Origin: an uncultured delta proteobacterium
Lineage (GTDB): Bacteria > Desulfobacterota > Desulfobacteria > Desulfobacterales > JAHEIW01
DNA: 64,000 bases
Assembly: GCA_963706575.1 (NCBI GenBank)
Contig: CAVPNL010000006.1
Coordinates: 288,001-352,000, forward strand
Reading direction: 5' to 3'
The notes beneath the pieces were generated by a model that did no database searches, was not told where the DNA came from, and saw only the letters and a list, made by a program, of their open reading frames with translations. The translations under genes and the position numbers were made by a program. This document shows positions 9,304 through 19,145 of this stretch, piece by piece. Numbering within the stretch: position 1 is the stretch's first letter; the number at the start of each line of letters is the position of its first letter.

Positions 9304-9786
9304 TTAACGGCTTTTGCTGAAATTCGGTATCCACTTGCCCGTCTTTTTCTTATATGCAATGTAGTTCAGTCCCCATTTTGCTTTCAGCAGTTTTTCCTCG
9401 TAGCCGGCGATATAATTATAGAATAGTGCAATTAGCACCAGCAGAGTAAGGCAAAACAGAGACGCTGTAGAAACCGTCATGCCGAAGTAAATTAAAATAC
9501 TGCCCAAATATAATGGGTGCCTGACGTATCGGAATGCTCCGGTAGATACAACTTCGTTAGCACGTTGATCTCCGCTGATAACCACATGACCGGACTTGAA
9601 AAGGTAAAAAGCGGCAGCCAATGCAGCCCCCAGGATAATTAAACGAATTACCAGCGGGATGCTATCCGCCAAAAATGTGGAGCGGTGCAGGATAAATGAA
9701 TCCAGGATCCATATAACAAGAAACAAACCGAACAGAATCAGCTGCCCTGCGTCTCCCAGGGGATGTTCACCGTTTTTTTCTCGCAT
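9304..9786 (-). CDS. Isoprenylcysteine carboxyl methyltransferase (ICMT/PEMT) family membrane protein
   Basis: TGAFRYVRHPLY and EEKLL..W..Y..Y motifs. Likely start MREKN with SD AAGGA. Confidence 0.85.
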   Translation of the reverse strand: MREKNGEHPLGDAGQLILFGLFLVIWILDSFILHRSTFLADSIPLVIRLIILGAALAAAFYLFKSGHVVISGDQRANEVVSTGAFRYVRHPLYLGSILIYFGMTVSTASLFCLTLLVLIALFYNYIAGYEEKLLKAKWGLNYIAYKKKTGKWIPNFSKSR

Positions 9787-9796
9787 CTTTCCTTTC

Positions 9797-10273
9797 TCAT
9801 GGCGTCCTTGTTTTGTAAATATCATCCATATGAATATGAACATGTTCGTAAGTCCAGCGAATAAAGCGTTCCAGCTTGCCGTGCCCATGAAACGCATGCC
9901 GCCCTTCACGGTCAAAGTCAGCATCCGACATCGTGCTAACGATTGAGATCGTATCTTCGCGGACCGATTTAAATTGCGCGATGAGTTCATCAATGTTCAA
10001 TCCGTCCAACTTTTTGGGTTGGGACCGGTTATAACGCTCAATATCAAAATCTTCCGGTGAGCCGAGACCACCGGCTAAGATATCGCGGAACAACCACTGC
10101 ATCGCGCGTTCGATGGTGACAAAATGGGCCAACACCTGTTGAACCTTCCATTTAGCCCCATCCTGATAGACCTGAATGCCAAGCTCATCCGGTGATAAAG
10201 ATCGGAAAAATGCAATGGAATCTTCCAGATTTTTTTCGAGCTCAGCCATGATATGTGTGCGTCGGTCTTTCAT
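9797..10273 (-). CDS. DinB-superfamily protein
   Basis: W.VQQVLAH ... HVHIH metal-binding pattern; SD AAGGAG. Confidence 0.8.
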   Translation of the reverse strand: MKDRRTHIMAELEKNLEDSIAFFRSLSPDELGIQVYQDGAKWKVQQVLAHFVTIERAMQWLFRDILAGGLGSPEDFDIERYNRSQPKKLDGLNIDELIAQFKSVREDTISIVSTMSDADFDREGRHAFHGHGKLERFIRWTYEHVHIHMDDIYKTRTP

Positions 10274-10341
10274 CAAACTGCTCCTTTTATCAGACGATAG
10301 GTTTTATTACTGCCTTCCTGCCGAGGTGTCACCGAAAAAAA

Positions 10342-11112
10342 CTACGGCGAAGGATCCATGACCATATTGGCATCCTGCAACGCATTATTGGCTGCCTGAT
10401 CAACGTATGCCTGGATTCTGGGGCGTATCTTAGCGAGTTCGGTTTGTGGAATATTTTTTATGTTCGCCGGCCAATTAAAGTTGTCCATTCTTGCCCTGGT
10501 CAGGCTCGGGCGACCGGCGCCGATTCTGGCAACCGGCCGCGTCTGGAAAACGACAACACGGATCTGGGCGTATGGATGCACCCAGCTATTTCTGATGCCG
10601 ACCACCCCGAGCACGGTCCGCCTCGTAAAAAGGCCATAACCCTCAAGCACAATCGAATCATCATGTATTTTCCAGGGGCTTTCGCCTTTGAAGCTCTGCA
10701 CCATTATGATGACATCCAGATCATGGCTTTTCGCCTCGCTTTCAATAAAATCGACCAGATCCTGTGAAATACTTCTGCGGGTTGCGGCAGCACCGATTTG
10801 ATCCGAAAGCTGCTTCAGGCGGGATTGGACCTGCGGAGACCGAATGGGAACAACCACAAAGCGCTTATCCTTTTGTAAAGAATCCGCCAACTGGGTGTCC
10901 ACATAGGCCGGCATATCCCAATCCACCTTAATTTGTCTGGTAAAACTATTTATTCGGTCTATGGTTATATGGCGATGGGTCAGGTATGATTCCAGGCTGT
11001 TCATGATGCCGACCCGGGTGCCGTCTTGAAAGGTGGGTTTCGGCCCGGGATCCGTCGCACAATTGAAACACACAAATGCCGCAATCAGAATTACGATTAA
11101 GGACCGAATCAC
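10342..11112 (-). CDS. Hypothetical lipoprotein
   Basis: GTG start with SD AAGGAGG, hydrophobic signal and a lipobox-like FNC. Confidence 0.65.
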   Translation of the reverse strand: MIRSLIVILIAAFVCFNCATDPGPKPTFQDGTRVGIMNSLESYLTHRHITIDRINSFTRQIKVDWDMPAYVDTQLADSLQKDKRFVVVPIRSPQVQSRLKQLSDQIGAAATRRSISQDLVDFIESEAKSHDLDVIIMVQSFKGESPWKIHDDSIVLEGYGLFTRRTVLGVVGIRNSWVHPYAQIRVVVFQTRPVARIGAGRPSLTRARMDNFNWPANIKNIPQTELAKIRPRIQAYVDQAANNALQDANMVMDPSP

Positions 11113-11199
11113 GCATCCTCCTTTACCCATTCCATGGACCCATGTCTCCTGTTCTGCCTGGTTATTGATGGAAAAGGCTATCACCGGATTGCCGAACAT

Positions 11200-12426
11200 C
11201 TAACGGTAATTAAAATCCGGATTTAAAAGCTGAATTTCAATGATTTCGCCGGCGATCCATTCTTCCCAGCCCTCAGGAATGATAATCAGGGCGTCCTTGC
11301 GAGCCATGGAAATGAGTCGGCTTTTTAGTTTAGCAGGTTTGACGATGAGCTGATGTTTTTCTTTTTCAAGGCGAGCGTGAATAAACTGGGTCCAGTCCTT
11401 ATGGCCGCGGACGGTTTCAGTCAATTGCGCGCGGGTCACTGGAAAAGAAAAGTTGGTTTCGCCTTTCATCTTCATGATTGCCGGAAGTGCCAGCTGCAAA
11501 AAAGCCATCTCGTTGGATGGTGGCCCACCCGGTAAAATGAAAAACGGCTTTTGTTCTAAAAGGCCGAAACCCACCGGTTTTCCGGGGCCCATTCTGACCC
11601 GGCGATAAATTCCCTGCCAATTCAGTTTTGCGACCACATCTAAAATCAGATCGCGTTCACTGCCCCAGGCCCCGCCGCAGGTCACAAAGGCATCCGCTTC
11701 GGAAAGCTGGGCCGTGATGGTGTTTTCAATTTCCTGCCGGCTGTCACCGACAAGCACGGCGGAATACGGAAGGCCGTAAAATGCTAACCAGGAACAAATC
11801 TCGATCATATTGCTAGCATACAGTTTTCCTTCGGTCAACGGTTTTCCGGGCGCCACTACTTCATCACCGCAGGCAATGACAGCCACTTTCGGCACTTTAT
11901 GAACTGCGGCGCTATGCAGGCCGGCTGAGGCGATCAGCCCGATAAGTGCAGGAGACAGTTTTTCGCCTTTTTCGGCAACCGTTTCTGCCCGACGGATGTC
12001 GCTTGCGCGTTCCAGAATATTGCGGCCTTCTTCAGCGATATGGTGTGCAATAATCGCATCAGCGGACGGCTGGCAGAATTCTTCAGACAGGACGGCATTG
12101 GCACCTTCGGGTAAGGCAGCACCGGTGGTGACGCGAACCACCTGCCCAGGGGCAATTTGCAGAGCGGTCACATCACCGGCCGTAAGCTTCCCCACCACTT
12201 TCAATTTTACGGGATTTTCTTCTGTGGCGCCGGCCAGATCCGATGAAATCACGGCATACCCGTCTTTGCGGGACGAGGTGCTGGATGGAGCGTCAACTCT
12301 GGCGACAATATTTTCGGCAAGTATTTTACCGGTCAGTTGATCGAGGGCAAGTATTTCGGTTTCGCCGGCAGCGACATTGGCCAGTGTCAGTTCAAGCGCT
12401 TCTTCAAAACTAATGAATGTTTTCAT
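11200..12426 (-). CDS. moeA: Molybdopterin molybdotransferase
   Basis: SRKDGYAV, TTGAALPEGA, GDEVV, PGKP, LPGGP motifs. Confidence 0.93.
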   Translation of the reverse strand: MKTFISFEEALELTLANVAAGETEILALDQLTGKILAENIVARVDAPSSTSSRKDGYAVISSDLAGATEENPVKLKVVGKLTAGDVTALQIAPGQVVRVTTGAALPEGANAVLSEEFCQPSADAIIAHHIAEEGRNILERASDIRRAETVAEKGEKLSPALIGLIASAGLHSAAVHKVPKVAVIACGDEVVAPGKPLTEGKLYASNMIEICSWLAFYGLPYSAVLVGDSRQEIENTITAQLSEADAFVTCGGAWGSERDLILDVVAKLNWQGIYRRVRMGPGKPVGFGLLEQKPFFILPGGPPSNEMAFLQLALPAIMKMKGETNFSFPVTRAQLTETVRGHKDWTQFIHARLEKEKHQLIVKPAKLKSRLISMARKDALIIIPEGWEEWIAGEIIEIQLLNPDFNYR

Positions 12427-12502
12427 ATCGTCGGTTTATGGTTGCAACTTTGTTGGATTTAGTTAACTGGGAATTTAATATATGTAAAGGTTCCGTTTTG
12501 CA

Positions 12503-12608
12503 AGGGTTCAGGGTTCTGGGTTCAGACGTAGGGCGGGCCTCTGCGCCCGCCGTTCAGAGGTCGGCACGGAGGCCGACCCTACTTTCTAACCGCTGAACCT
12601 GAAACCCA
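12503..12608. repeat. GTAG-type REP doublet (12528-12582) flanked by inverted GGTTCAG/CTGAACC heptamers
   Basis: GTAGGGCGGGCCTCTGCGCCCGCC and the inverted GGTCGGCACGGAGGCCGACCCTAC. Confidence 0.75.
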
Positions 12609-12610
12609 CT

Positions 12611-13144
12611 TTATTTGAAGTCCCGATGGCATTGTGCCATCCGATTTTTCAGATCGCGAATTTCATGCTGGACGATTTCGTATTGGTTTTGCTCCACTGC
12701 TTGTTTGAGGGTGCCCAGATGGTCGATATATTCATCCATGGCCGCTTGCCACTCCGGTTCGGCGAATTTGGCCATCTGGCGGGATTGGCTGACGAATTCC
12801 GTCAGTGCATCGGTATCGGGCATTTTGCCGCCGGCAACGCTTTTTTGGATCATTTTAAAATTGCGGGCCAAGCGCTTTTTGACGGCTTTCCAGGAATCCT
12901 TCCAGGCAATAACTTCCTCCCGGGCCGCTTGCTCGTATTGCTCCAGAGTTGACCAGTGCCATTTTATTTTGGTGTCGATGCGGCCCTTTTTTTCTTTATG
13001 GCTGATTTTAGCCTGCAGCTTATCCGGTATCGACCAGCGGTGCTCTGCAGTTTCAAAATTTCCTTGGCGCAGCGCCGCGACCAGCTGTTCCAGATAATCG
13101 GCCAATTCCTGTCTTTGCATTTCTTTTTTGATTTTATTTTTCAT
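12611..13144 (-). CDS. Amphi-Trp plus XXXCH domain protein (GAK-system type)
   Basis: ELADYLEQLVAAL...KIKWHW amphi-Trp pattern; helical C-terminal domain ending AQCHRDFK. Confidence 0.75.
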   Translation of the reverse strand: MKNKIKKEMQRQELADYLEQLVAALRQGNFETAEHRWSIPDKLQAKISHKEKKGRIDTKIKWHWSTLEQYEQAAREEVIAWKDSWKAVKKRLARNFKMIQKSVAGGKMPDTDALTEFVSQSRQMAKFAEPEWQAAMDEYIDHLGTLKQAVEQNQYEIVQHEIRDLKNRMAQCHRDFK

Positions 13145-14952
13145 CCATCCTCCACGATCTTGATGACGACCAGGGTTACATCGTCCTCGGGCTCCTTGGC
13201 CTGCCGGAAACGCGTTAAAGCGGTCAATATTTCCTTCATTATTTCATCGGCGCTCGCGGTGGCCTTATGACGAATAATGTCTTTTAGCGGTTCTTTGCCG
13301 AAAGGGTTGCCGGATATATCGAATGTCTCCCAGATTCCATCTGTTCCCAGAAAAATGATTTGGCCTGCGGTCAGATCGGCGTGTTCGTTTTCTTCATATT
13401 GATAGTTTTCATCCCAGCCCAGCGCCAGGCCGGAACCGTAGAGGTCTTCAAACCCGTCACTGGTCGGGTCATACAGAAGTGCGGCGTCATGACCAGCGCG
13501 CACCCATTTCAGCCGATGGTTTTGCGAATCAACCATCAGGTAAAAGAGGGTGGTAAACCGGCCGGTATCATAGATATCCAGCGTGAGGTTGCGGTTGACG
13601 TCGCTGACGATTTGAGCGAGCGTTCCCGGCTGGGCCGAGCGGCTGCGAATCAGCGCACGGGCCGTCGCCATCAAAAGACCGGCAGCGATACCGTGACCGG
13701 AAACATCGCCGACGACGACATTGAATTTGCCATCCGCCGTTGGCGAAATATTGAGGAAATCATAAAAATCACCGCCGGTCTTGTTGCAATAGATACTTTT
13801 GGCGGCGATGTCGAGACCGCTTATAGCCGGAATTTCTTTGGGAAGCAAATTTTGCTGGACTTCTTCAGCAACTTCCAGGGCACTGAGCATACGGTTGTTG
13901 CCGATGGCCAGATCGATCAGATGCGTAACGGTTCGGGCGGTATTAACGACGGTGTTAATAACGTCAGAATCAAATTTTTTGATGCCGTCTTGCTTGTTAA
14001 AGGCAATGATCGATATATCGCCTTCAGCGTAATTAATGTAGCTGGCGATGGCAAAGCCTAAAAACGCCTTAACGCCTTCATCAAACGGGTGCTTGTTTTC
14101 AAACTCTTCCTGGGGCATGGATGGCGGCTTGGTGGCCGTTGCCACACAGCCGTTAATGTCGCATTCCGCTTTGCGCGATGCCCAGATCGGCGCCGAGGAA
14201 TTTTCAGGGACCTGGACCAGCCTGGATTTTATCAGACCATCGGGTTTGCCCTTAAATGCGTATCCGGAAAGGTGTCCTTCTTTATCTTCTCGGGTGATAA
14301 AAACTCCCTGGTAACCTTCTCCTAATATGAGCAGCGCAAGTCTATCGAATATATCATTGTTAACGGCAAGTTCGTTAATTGAGTTGATAATTTCACGGCT
14401 GAATCGTCGAATTGACGACAAACTGACATCCCTTGCTTTACGTGATGATATTTCATCCAACCATATAAGAATGTGATTGCCTGCTCCGATCTTTGTCTTG
14501 GTCTGATACCATTTGTCGGTAATTTTCGAATAGAATTCCAGGGGCTCCGTCTCCCATTCCGATCTTATTTCTTCGGTGGCTTTTAGAATGGTTTTGGCCT
14601 CGGGATTTCCAAACAAATCATGTATTTTTTTGATATTATTTTTTTCAAAAAGCCTTCTGGTATTGCCTGCAGTCGCGACGATCCGGCCGCCTTTGTCGAT
14701 TACAAATACAGGGTCCTGACGTTCTGCCGGAAGTTGACAAAGGATATCCATGTCCCTGTTTTTAAATTTTATCGAGGCTTTGGCAAAGCCCTGCACAAAG
14801 AGGGGCACGATGTAGGGAACTGCTGAAAAAAAAATGCTGTTGCCCTGGAAGACATTGATGCTGGCACCGATTAAAAAAGCGACCAGATAGGTGATTGGGT
14901 TGATTAATTCTTTGCTAAGAAACTTCAGGAAAACCGCGGTGTTTATTGGCAT
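13141..14952 (-). CDS. Membrane-anchored PP2C/SpoIIE (RsbU-like) Ser/Thr phosphatase
   Basis: GGDFYD, GDVSGHG, RAGH, TDGIWE, DDVTL motifs; N-terminal TM and PAS/GAF-like region. Confidence 0.9.
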   Translation of the reverse strand: MPINTAVFLKFLSKELINPITYLVAFLIGASINVFQGNSIFFSAVPYIVPLFVQGFAKASIKFKNRDMDILCQLPAERQDPVFVIDKGGRIVATAGNTRRLFEKNNIKKIHDLFGNPEAKTILKATEEIRSEWETEPLEFYSKITDKWYQTKTKIGAGNHILIWLDEISSRKARDVSLSSIRRFSREIINSINELAVNNDIFDRLALLILGEGYQGVFITREDKEGHLSGYAFKGKPDGLIKSRLVQVPENSSAPIWASRKAECDINGCVATATKPPSMPQEEFENKHPFDEGVKAFLGFAIASYINYAEGDISIIAFNKQDGIKKFDSDVINTVVNTARTVTHLIDLAIGNNRMLSALEVAEEVQQNLLPKEIPAISGLDIAAKSIYCNKTGGDFYDFLNISPTADGKFNVVVGDVSGHGIAAGLLMATARALIRSRSAQPGTLAQIVSDVNRNLTLDIYDTGRFTTLFYLMVDSQNHRLKWVRAGHDAALLYDPTSDGFEDLYGSGLALGWDENYQYEENEHADLTAGQIIFLGTDGIWETFDISGNPFGKEPLKDIIRHKATASADEIMKEILTALTRFRQAKEPEDDVTLVVIKIVEDG

Positions 14953-15109
14953 GTGACGAACCCTCCGGGGGATGACCCATTAGCCGACCGTTCGGCAATG
15001 TCTATGTTTTGCAGATTCGAATCTAAAAGATTCAGGTAAAAATGAAATCCACCTTGAAAGGCGCGATTGGAGAACATCTGTGATGTAGGTGTGTAGGGTG
15101 AAAAAACGT

Positions 15110-15181
15110 GTGTGCCTGTGTGCCTATGTACCTGTGTACGTGTATACGCGTATGCTCGTGTACTCCTATGCTCGTTTGCGG
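15110..15181. repeat. Degenerate tandem octamer array (9 units)
   Basis: gtgtgcct gtgtgcct atgtacct gtgtacgt gtatacgc gtatgctc gtgtactc ctatgctc gtttgcgg. Confidence 0.75.
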
Positions 15182-15199
15182 GTTTGATTTGGATGCGTT

Positions 15200-15655
15200 T
15201 TATTCGTTGCGGTGTTCCTCGATGCTGATCGGATCGCCGCACCGAATTTTTCCCTCTTTCAGCACCCGTGCAAAAACGCCTTCGCGCGGCATTATGCAAT
15301 CGCCGGCTTTGTAGTAAATGGCGCAGCGATTGTGGCACTCTTTGCCGATCTGGGTAATTTCAACCAGAGCATTCAGCCCCAGCCGGATACGGCTGCCCAC
15401 CGGAATGTTTTTCCAGTCAATGCCGGTGGTGGCGATGTTTTCGGCAAAATCGCCGAAAGTTACCTCAAGGCCTTTTTCACGGGCTTTATCTATTTCTTCA
15501 GAGGCCAGAAAACTGACCTGTCGATGCCATTTGCCGGCATGAGCATCGCCCTCGAGACCATGCTCCTTTTTTAAAAAGGCTTCATTAACCGTTACTTTTT
15601 GGGTTCCCTTTTTCTTGCTGGTTGCGATGGACACGATTTTCATTTTCATTTGCAC
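15200..15655 (-). CDS. MOSC domain protein
   Basis: GLEGDAHAG.WHRQVS, GDFAEN, QIGKECH..C, DCIMPREG. Confidence 0.92.
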   Translation of the reverse strand: MQMKMKIVSIATSKKKGTQKVTVNEAFLKKEHGLEGDAHAGKWHRQVSFLASEEIDKAREKGLEVTFGDFAENIATTGIDWKNIPVGSRIRLGLNALVEITQIGKECHNRCAIYYKAGDCIMPREGVFARVLKEGKIRCGDPISIEEHRNE

Positions 15656-15753
15656 CTTTTATTATCGGACCTCATAGCGTTTATTATTCAAAAGCGTACC
15701 TATTTAATAATAATCTCGATTTTCTATATTTAAAGACATTTTTGAGATGGATT

Positions 15754-16353
15754 CTAAATATTGCCAATCAAAAAAATGCCATAAGTCGCTCTGACATTGG
15801 GTAAAAATTTGATAATCTTGCCGTAGCGGTCCTGCGAATGGGCATTAATGGCAACTTCTTTTAAAATTTTCAAACCGACATCATGAATAAATTTTCTAAA
15901 ATCCTTGATGGTAATCACCCGAATATTGGGTGTGTTATACCATTGATAGGGCAGCTGTTTGGTGACCGGCGCATATCCGGAGCTCAGCAGCTGCATCCGA
16001 CAGGCCCAATGACTGAAATTCGGAAAACTGACAATACCCTTTTTGCCGATGCGCATTATTGCACGAATAAGTGTATCCGGCTCATAGACCTGCTGCAACG
16101 TCTGGCTCAAAATGACATAATCAAAAGTTTGTTCCGGATAATCGGGGACTTCCTCATTGATGTCTCCCTGCAGAACCGTTAATCCCTTTTCGATGCATGC
16201 GGCGACCTTTTCTTCCTGCAGTTCGATCCCCGAACCGGTCACCTTTTTTTTATTCATTAAATATCGCAGCAGTTCGCCGTTGCCACATCCCAGATCGAGA
16301 ACATGGGATCCCGGGTCTATCCAGCTGGCGATAATCTGAAGATCATAGCGCAT
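15754..16353 (-). CDS. metW: Methionine biosynthesis protein MetW
   Basis: MRYDL, VLDLGCGNG, ILSQTLQ, SFPNF.HW, WYNTPNI; follows metX. Confidence 0.93.
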   Translation of the reverse strand: MRYDLQIIASWIDPGSHVLDLGCGNGELLRYLMNKKKVTGSGIELQEEKVAACIEKGLTVLQGDINEEVPDYPEQTFDYVILSQTLQQVYEPDTLIRAIMRIGKKGIVSFPNFSHWACRMQLLSSGYAPVTKQLPYQWYNTPNIRVITIKDFRKFIHDVGLKILKEVAINAHSQDRYGKIIKFLPNVRATYGIFLIGNI

Positions 16354-16357
16354 TCTG

Positions 16358-17530
16358 TTATTTTGTGTTTTCACGGCAGACACGTTCTAAAAATCCTTTG
16401 ATCAAAGTTGTCAATCGTGGGTTGGGGATTAAAAAGGCGTCGTGGCCCCACTCGGCTTCGATTTCACAAAAGCTTACATCCAGTCCGTTTTTCTTCATGG
16501 CTTTGACCATGGCCTTGGATTGGTAGGTTGGGTAGAGCCAGTCGGAAGTAAAGGATACCACCAGAAATTTGGCTTTGGCCTTTGAAAAGGCTTTTACCGC
16601 TGAGCCTTCACCGTATTGATTTCCCATGTCATAATAATCGCTGGCCTTGGTGATGTAGAGAAAGGAGTTGGCATCGAAGCGATCCACAAATTTTTTGCCC
16701 TGATAACGCAAATAACTTTCCACCTGGAAATCTGCATCGAAGTTAAATGAAAAATCGCCCTTATCCTGTAAGCGCCGCCCGAACTTGAGACGCATGGATT
16801 CATCCGATAAATAGGTAATATGGCCGATCATGCGGGCCACCGCCAGCCCCAGATTCGGTTTGGGCCCGTAATAATAGTTGCCGCTGTTCCAGTTGGGGTC
16901 GGCCATGATCGCCTGTCTGGCCACCTCGTTAAAAGCAATGGCCAGGGCCGAGTGTTTGGTAGTGCTGGCCAGTGGAATGGCTGAAACCACCATGTCCGGG
17001 TACCTTACCGCCCACTCCAGCACCTGCATGCCGCCGATAGAGCCGCCGACCACGCACAAAATTTTTTCGATTCCCAGATGATCCATCAGTTTTTTTTGGG
17101 CCGCAACCATGTCGCCGATGGTAACCACCGGAAAATCAAGCGCATAGGGCTGGATATTTTTCGGGTTGGTGCTGCAGGGCCCGGTAGATCCCATACAGCT
17201 GCCGATAATATTGGAGCAGATTACAAAATATTTACCGGTATCAATTCCCTTGCCGGGTCCCACCATAATATCCCACCAGCCGGGCTTTTCGTCGTCTTCC
17301 TTATAATAGCCGGCGGCGTGAGAATCTCCGGAAAGGGCATGCAGAATCAAGATGACATTGCTTTTGTCTGCATTTAATTCACCGTAGGTTTCATAGGCAA
17401 GGGTTACCGGTCCGAGTCTGGCGCCGTTTTCCAGTACCATTTCATCGGGCGGCTCGGCAAAAGTGAAGAATTTCTTCTCCACAATACCCACGGAAATGCC
17501 TTCTTGATCGTGTTCGATATATTCGCTCAT
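16358..17530 (-). CDS. metX: Homoserine O-acetyltransferase
   Basis: HALSGD, GGSIGGMQ, FDANS, SDWLYP, GHDAFL. Confidence 0.95.
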   Translation of the reverse strand: MSEYIEHDQEGISVGIVEKKFFTFAEPPDEMVLENGARLGPVTLAYETYGELNADKSNVILILHALSGDSHAAGYYKEDDEKPGWWDIMVGPGKGIDTGKYFVICSNIIGSCMGSTGPCSTNPKNIQPYALDFPVVTIGDMVAAQKKLMDHLGIEKILCVVGGSIGGMQVLEWAVRYPDMVVSAIPLASTTKHSALAIAFNEVARQAIMADPNWNSGNYYYGPKPNLGLAVARMIGHITYLSDESMRLKFGRRLQDKGDFSFNFDADFQVESYLRYQGKKFVDRFDANSFLYITKASDYYDMGNQYGEGSAVKAFSKAKAKFLVVSFTSDWLYPTYQSKAMVKAMKKNGLDVSFCEIEAEWGHDAFLIPNPRLTTLIKGFLERVCRENTK

Positions 17531-17558
17531 AACCGAAAAACCGTTAAATCTGGATATA

Positions 17559-17623
17559 ACCACGAAAACACGAAAAACTTATCTTTTTTCTTTCGTGTTT
17601 CAGTTTTTTCGTGCTTTCGTGGT
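17559..17623. repeat. ACCAC...GTGGT periodic inverted-repeat element
   Basis: ACCACGAAAACACGAAAA ... TTTCGTGCTTTCGTGGT. Confidence 0.8.
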
Positions 17624-17752
17624 GAATAATTTTTTAATATCAGATTCTACAATGCCAGAAACAAGGCCCCTTTTTTACCGCCCATCCAAATCACGGTGCA
17701 AAAAGGGCCATCTGATTTTGTTACTTGATTTTTTTTATAAGGGCAAGAGAAA

Positions 17753-19039
17753 TCAGGTTTGGGCAAATGCCTGTTCTAAATCCTGCTTGATATCATCAAT
17801 GTGCTCGAGACCGATTGACAGGCGCACAAGATTCGGCGTCAATCCACCGGCTCTTTGTTGTTCTTCGCTTAATTGCGAGTGGGTCGTACTTGCAGGGTGA
17901 ATAACAAGACTTTTGGCATCTCCGACATTTGCCAGATGAGAAAACAGTTTCAGGCTGTCCACAAATTTTTGGCCGGCTTCAAGACCGCCTTTAATCCCAA
18001 AAACCACCATGCCGCCGAAACCGTTTTTAAGGTATTTGCTGGCAACCGGGTAGGTTGGATCATCCTCTAAGCCGGGATAACGCACCCATTCCACGTTGGC
18101 GTGTTCCTTCAGGAATCGAGCCACCGCGGATGCGTTTTCACAATGGCGCTGCATGCGCAGAGGCAGGGTTTCCAATCCCTGTAAAAACATCCAGGCATTG
18201 TCCGGGGAAATACATGCTCCCAGGTTGCGCAGGGGCACCAGCCGCATTCGCAGGATAAAAGCGATGGGATTCATGTCGCCCAGATCATGGGCGTAACGGA
18301 TATCGTGGTAGCTGGGATCAGGCTCGTTGTAGAGCTTAAATTTTGGGTCCTGCCAGTCAAATTTTCCCGAATCGATCACAATGCCGCCAATACCGGTGCC
18401 GTGTCCTCCCATCCATTTGGTGAGGGAATTCACGACGATGTCGGCCCCATGCTCGATTGATTTCAGCAAATAGGGCGAGGTAAAGGTGGCATCGACAATC
18501 AACGGCAGATTGTGGCTGTGGGCAATCTCAGCGACTGCGCTGATGTCTGTAAACTCCAGCACCGGATTGCCGATGGTTTCAATAAATATGGCCCGGGTTT
18601 TATCGGTGATTACATTGGCAAAATTGTCCGGATCGCGGGCATCCGCAAAGTTTACCTGGATGCCGAATTGCGGAAGAATGCAATCAAACATCGTATAGGT
18701 GCCGCCATATAAGTTGGTGGCAGATACGATTTCATCCCCGGCCTCACAGATATTGATAATCGTATAATACACTGCCGATGTACCGGAAGCTAAGGCCAGT
18801 GCTGCTGCTCCGCCTTCCAGCGCCGCAACCCGCTGCTCGAGTACATCCTGGGTGGGATTCATGATTCGGGTGTAAATATTTCCCGGTTCCTTGAGTGCAA
18901 AAAGATTGGCGGCATGTTCGGTGCTGTTGAATACATAAGAAGAAGTGCGGTGCACCGGCACCCCTCTGGCGGTGGTGGCCGGATCGGGTTGCTGGCCGGC
19001 GTGCAGACACTGTGTTTCAAATTTATAATTGTCATTCAT
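17753..19039 (-). CDS. metY: O-acetylhomoserine aminocarboxypropyltransferase (sulfhydrylase)
   Basis: GNIYTRIMNPT, LYGGT, SLTKWMGGHG (PLP Lys), ANVGDAKSL, HPASTTH. Confidence 0.95.
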   Translation of the reverse strand: MNDNYKFETQCLHAGQQPDPATTARGVPVHRTSSYVFNSTEHAANLFALKEPGNIYTRIMNPTQDVLEQRVAALEGGAAALALASGTSAVYYTIINICEAGDEIVSATNLYGGTYTMFDCILPQFGIQVNFADARDPDNFANVITDKTRAIFIETIGNPVLEFTDISAVAEIAHSHNLPLIVDATFTSPYLLKSIEHGADIVVNSLTKWMGGHGTGIGGIVIDSGKFDWQDPKFKLYNEPDPSYHDIRYAHDLGDMNPIAFILRMRLVPLRNLGACISPDNAWMFLQGLETLPLRMQRHCENASAVARFLKEHANVEWVRYPGLEDDPTYPVASKYLKNGFGGMVVFGIKGGLEAGQKFVDSLKLFSHLANVGDAKSLVIHPASTTHSQLSEEQQRAGGLTPNLVRLSIGLEHIDDIKQDLEQAFAQT

Positions 19040-19145
19040 TTTTCGGATCCTATTTTTTAAAGTTGGAATTTTCAGGCGTGCTGACGGTCAGCCAGCACGG
19101 CAGATGATTTTCGGTGAAAGGGTTTATGTTTTTGCTGCAGGAAGC

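Noticed and set aside
9787..9993. N-terminal extension of the ICMT ORF
   Set aside because: It overlaps the DinB gene, and there is a better start with SD at 9786.
14943..15338. 131-aa ORF across the octamer array
   Set aside because: It is a low-complexity translation of a repeat, overlaps MOSC, and has no recognisable motif.
19040..19145. SAM riboswitch before metY
   Set aside because: Only one short hairpin (CGTGCTG..CAGCACG) is present, with no recognisable SAM-I/II core.
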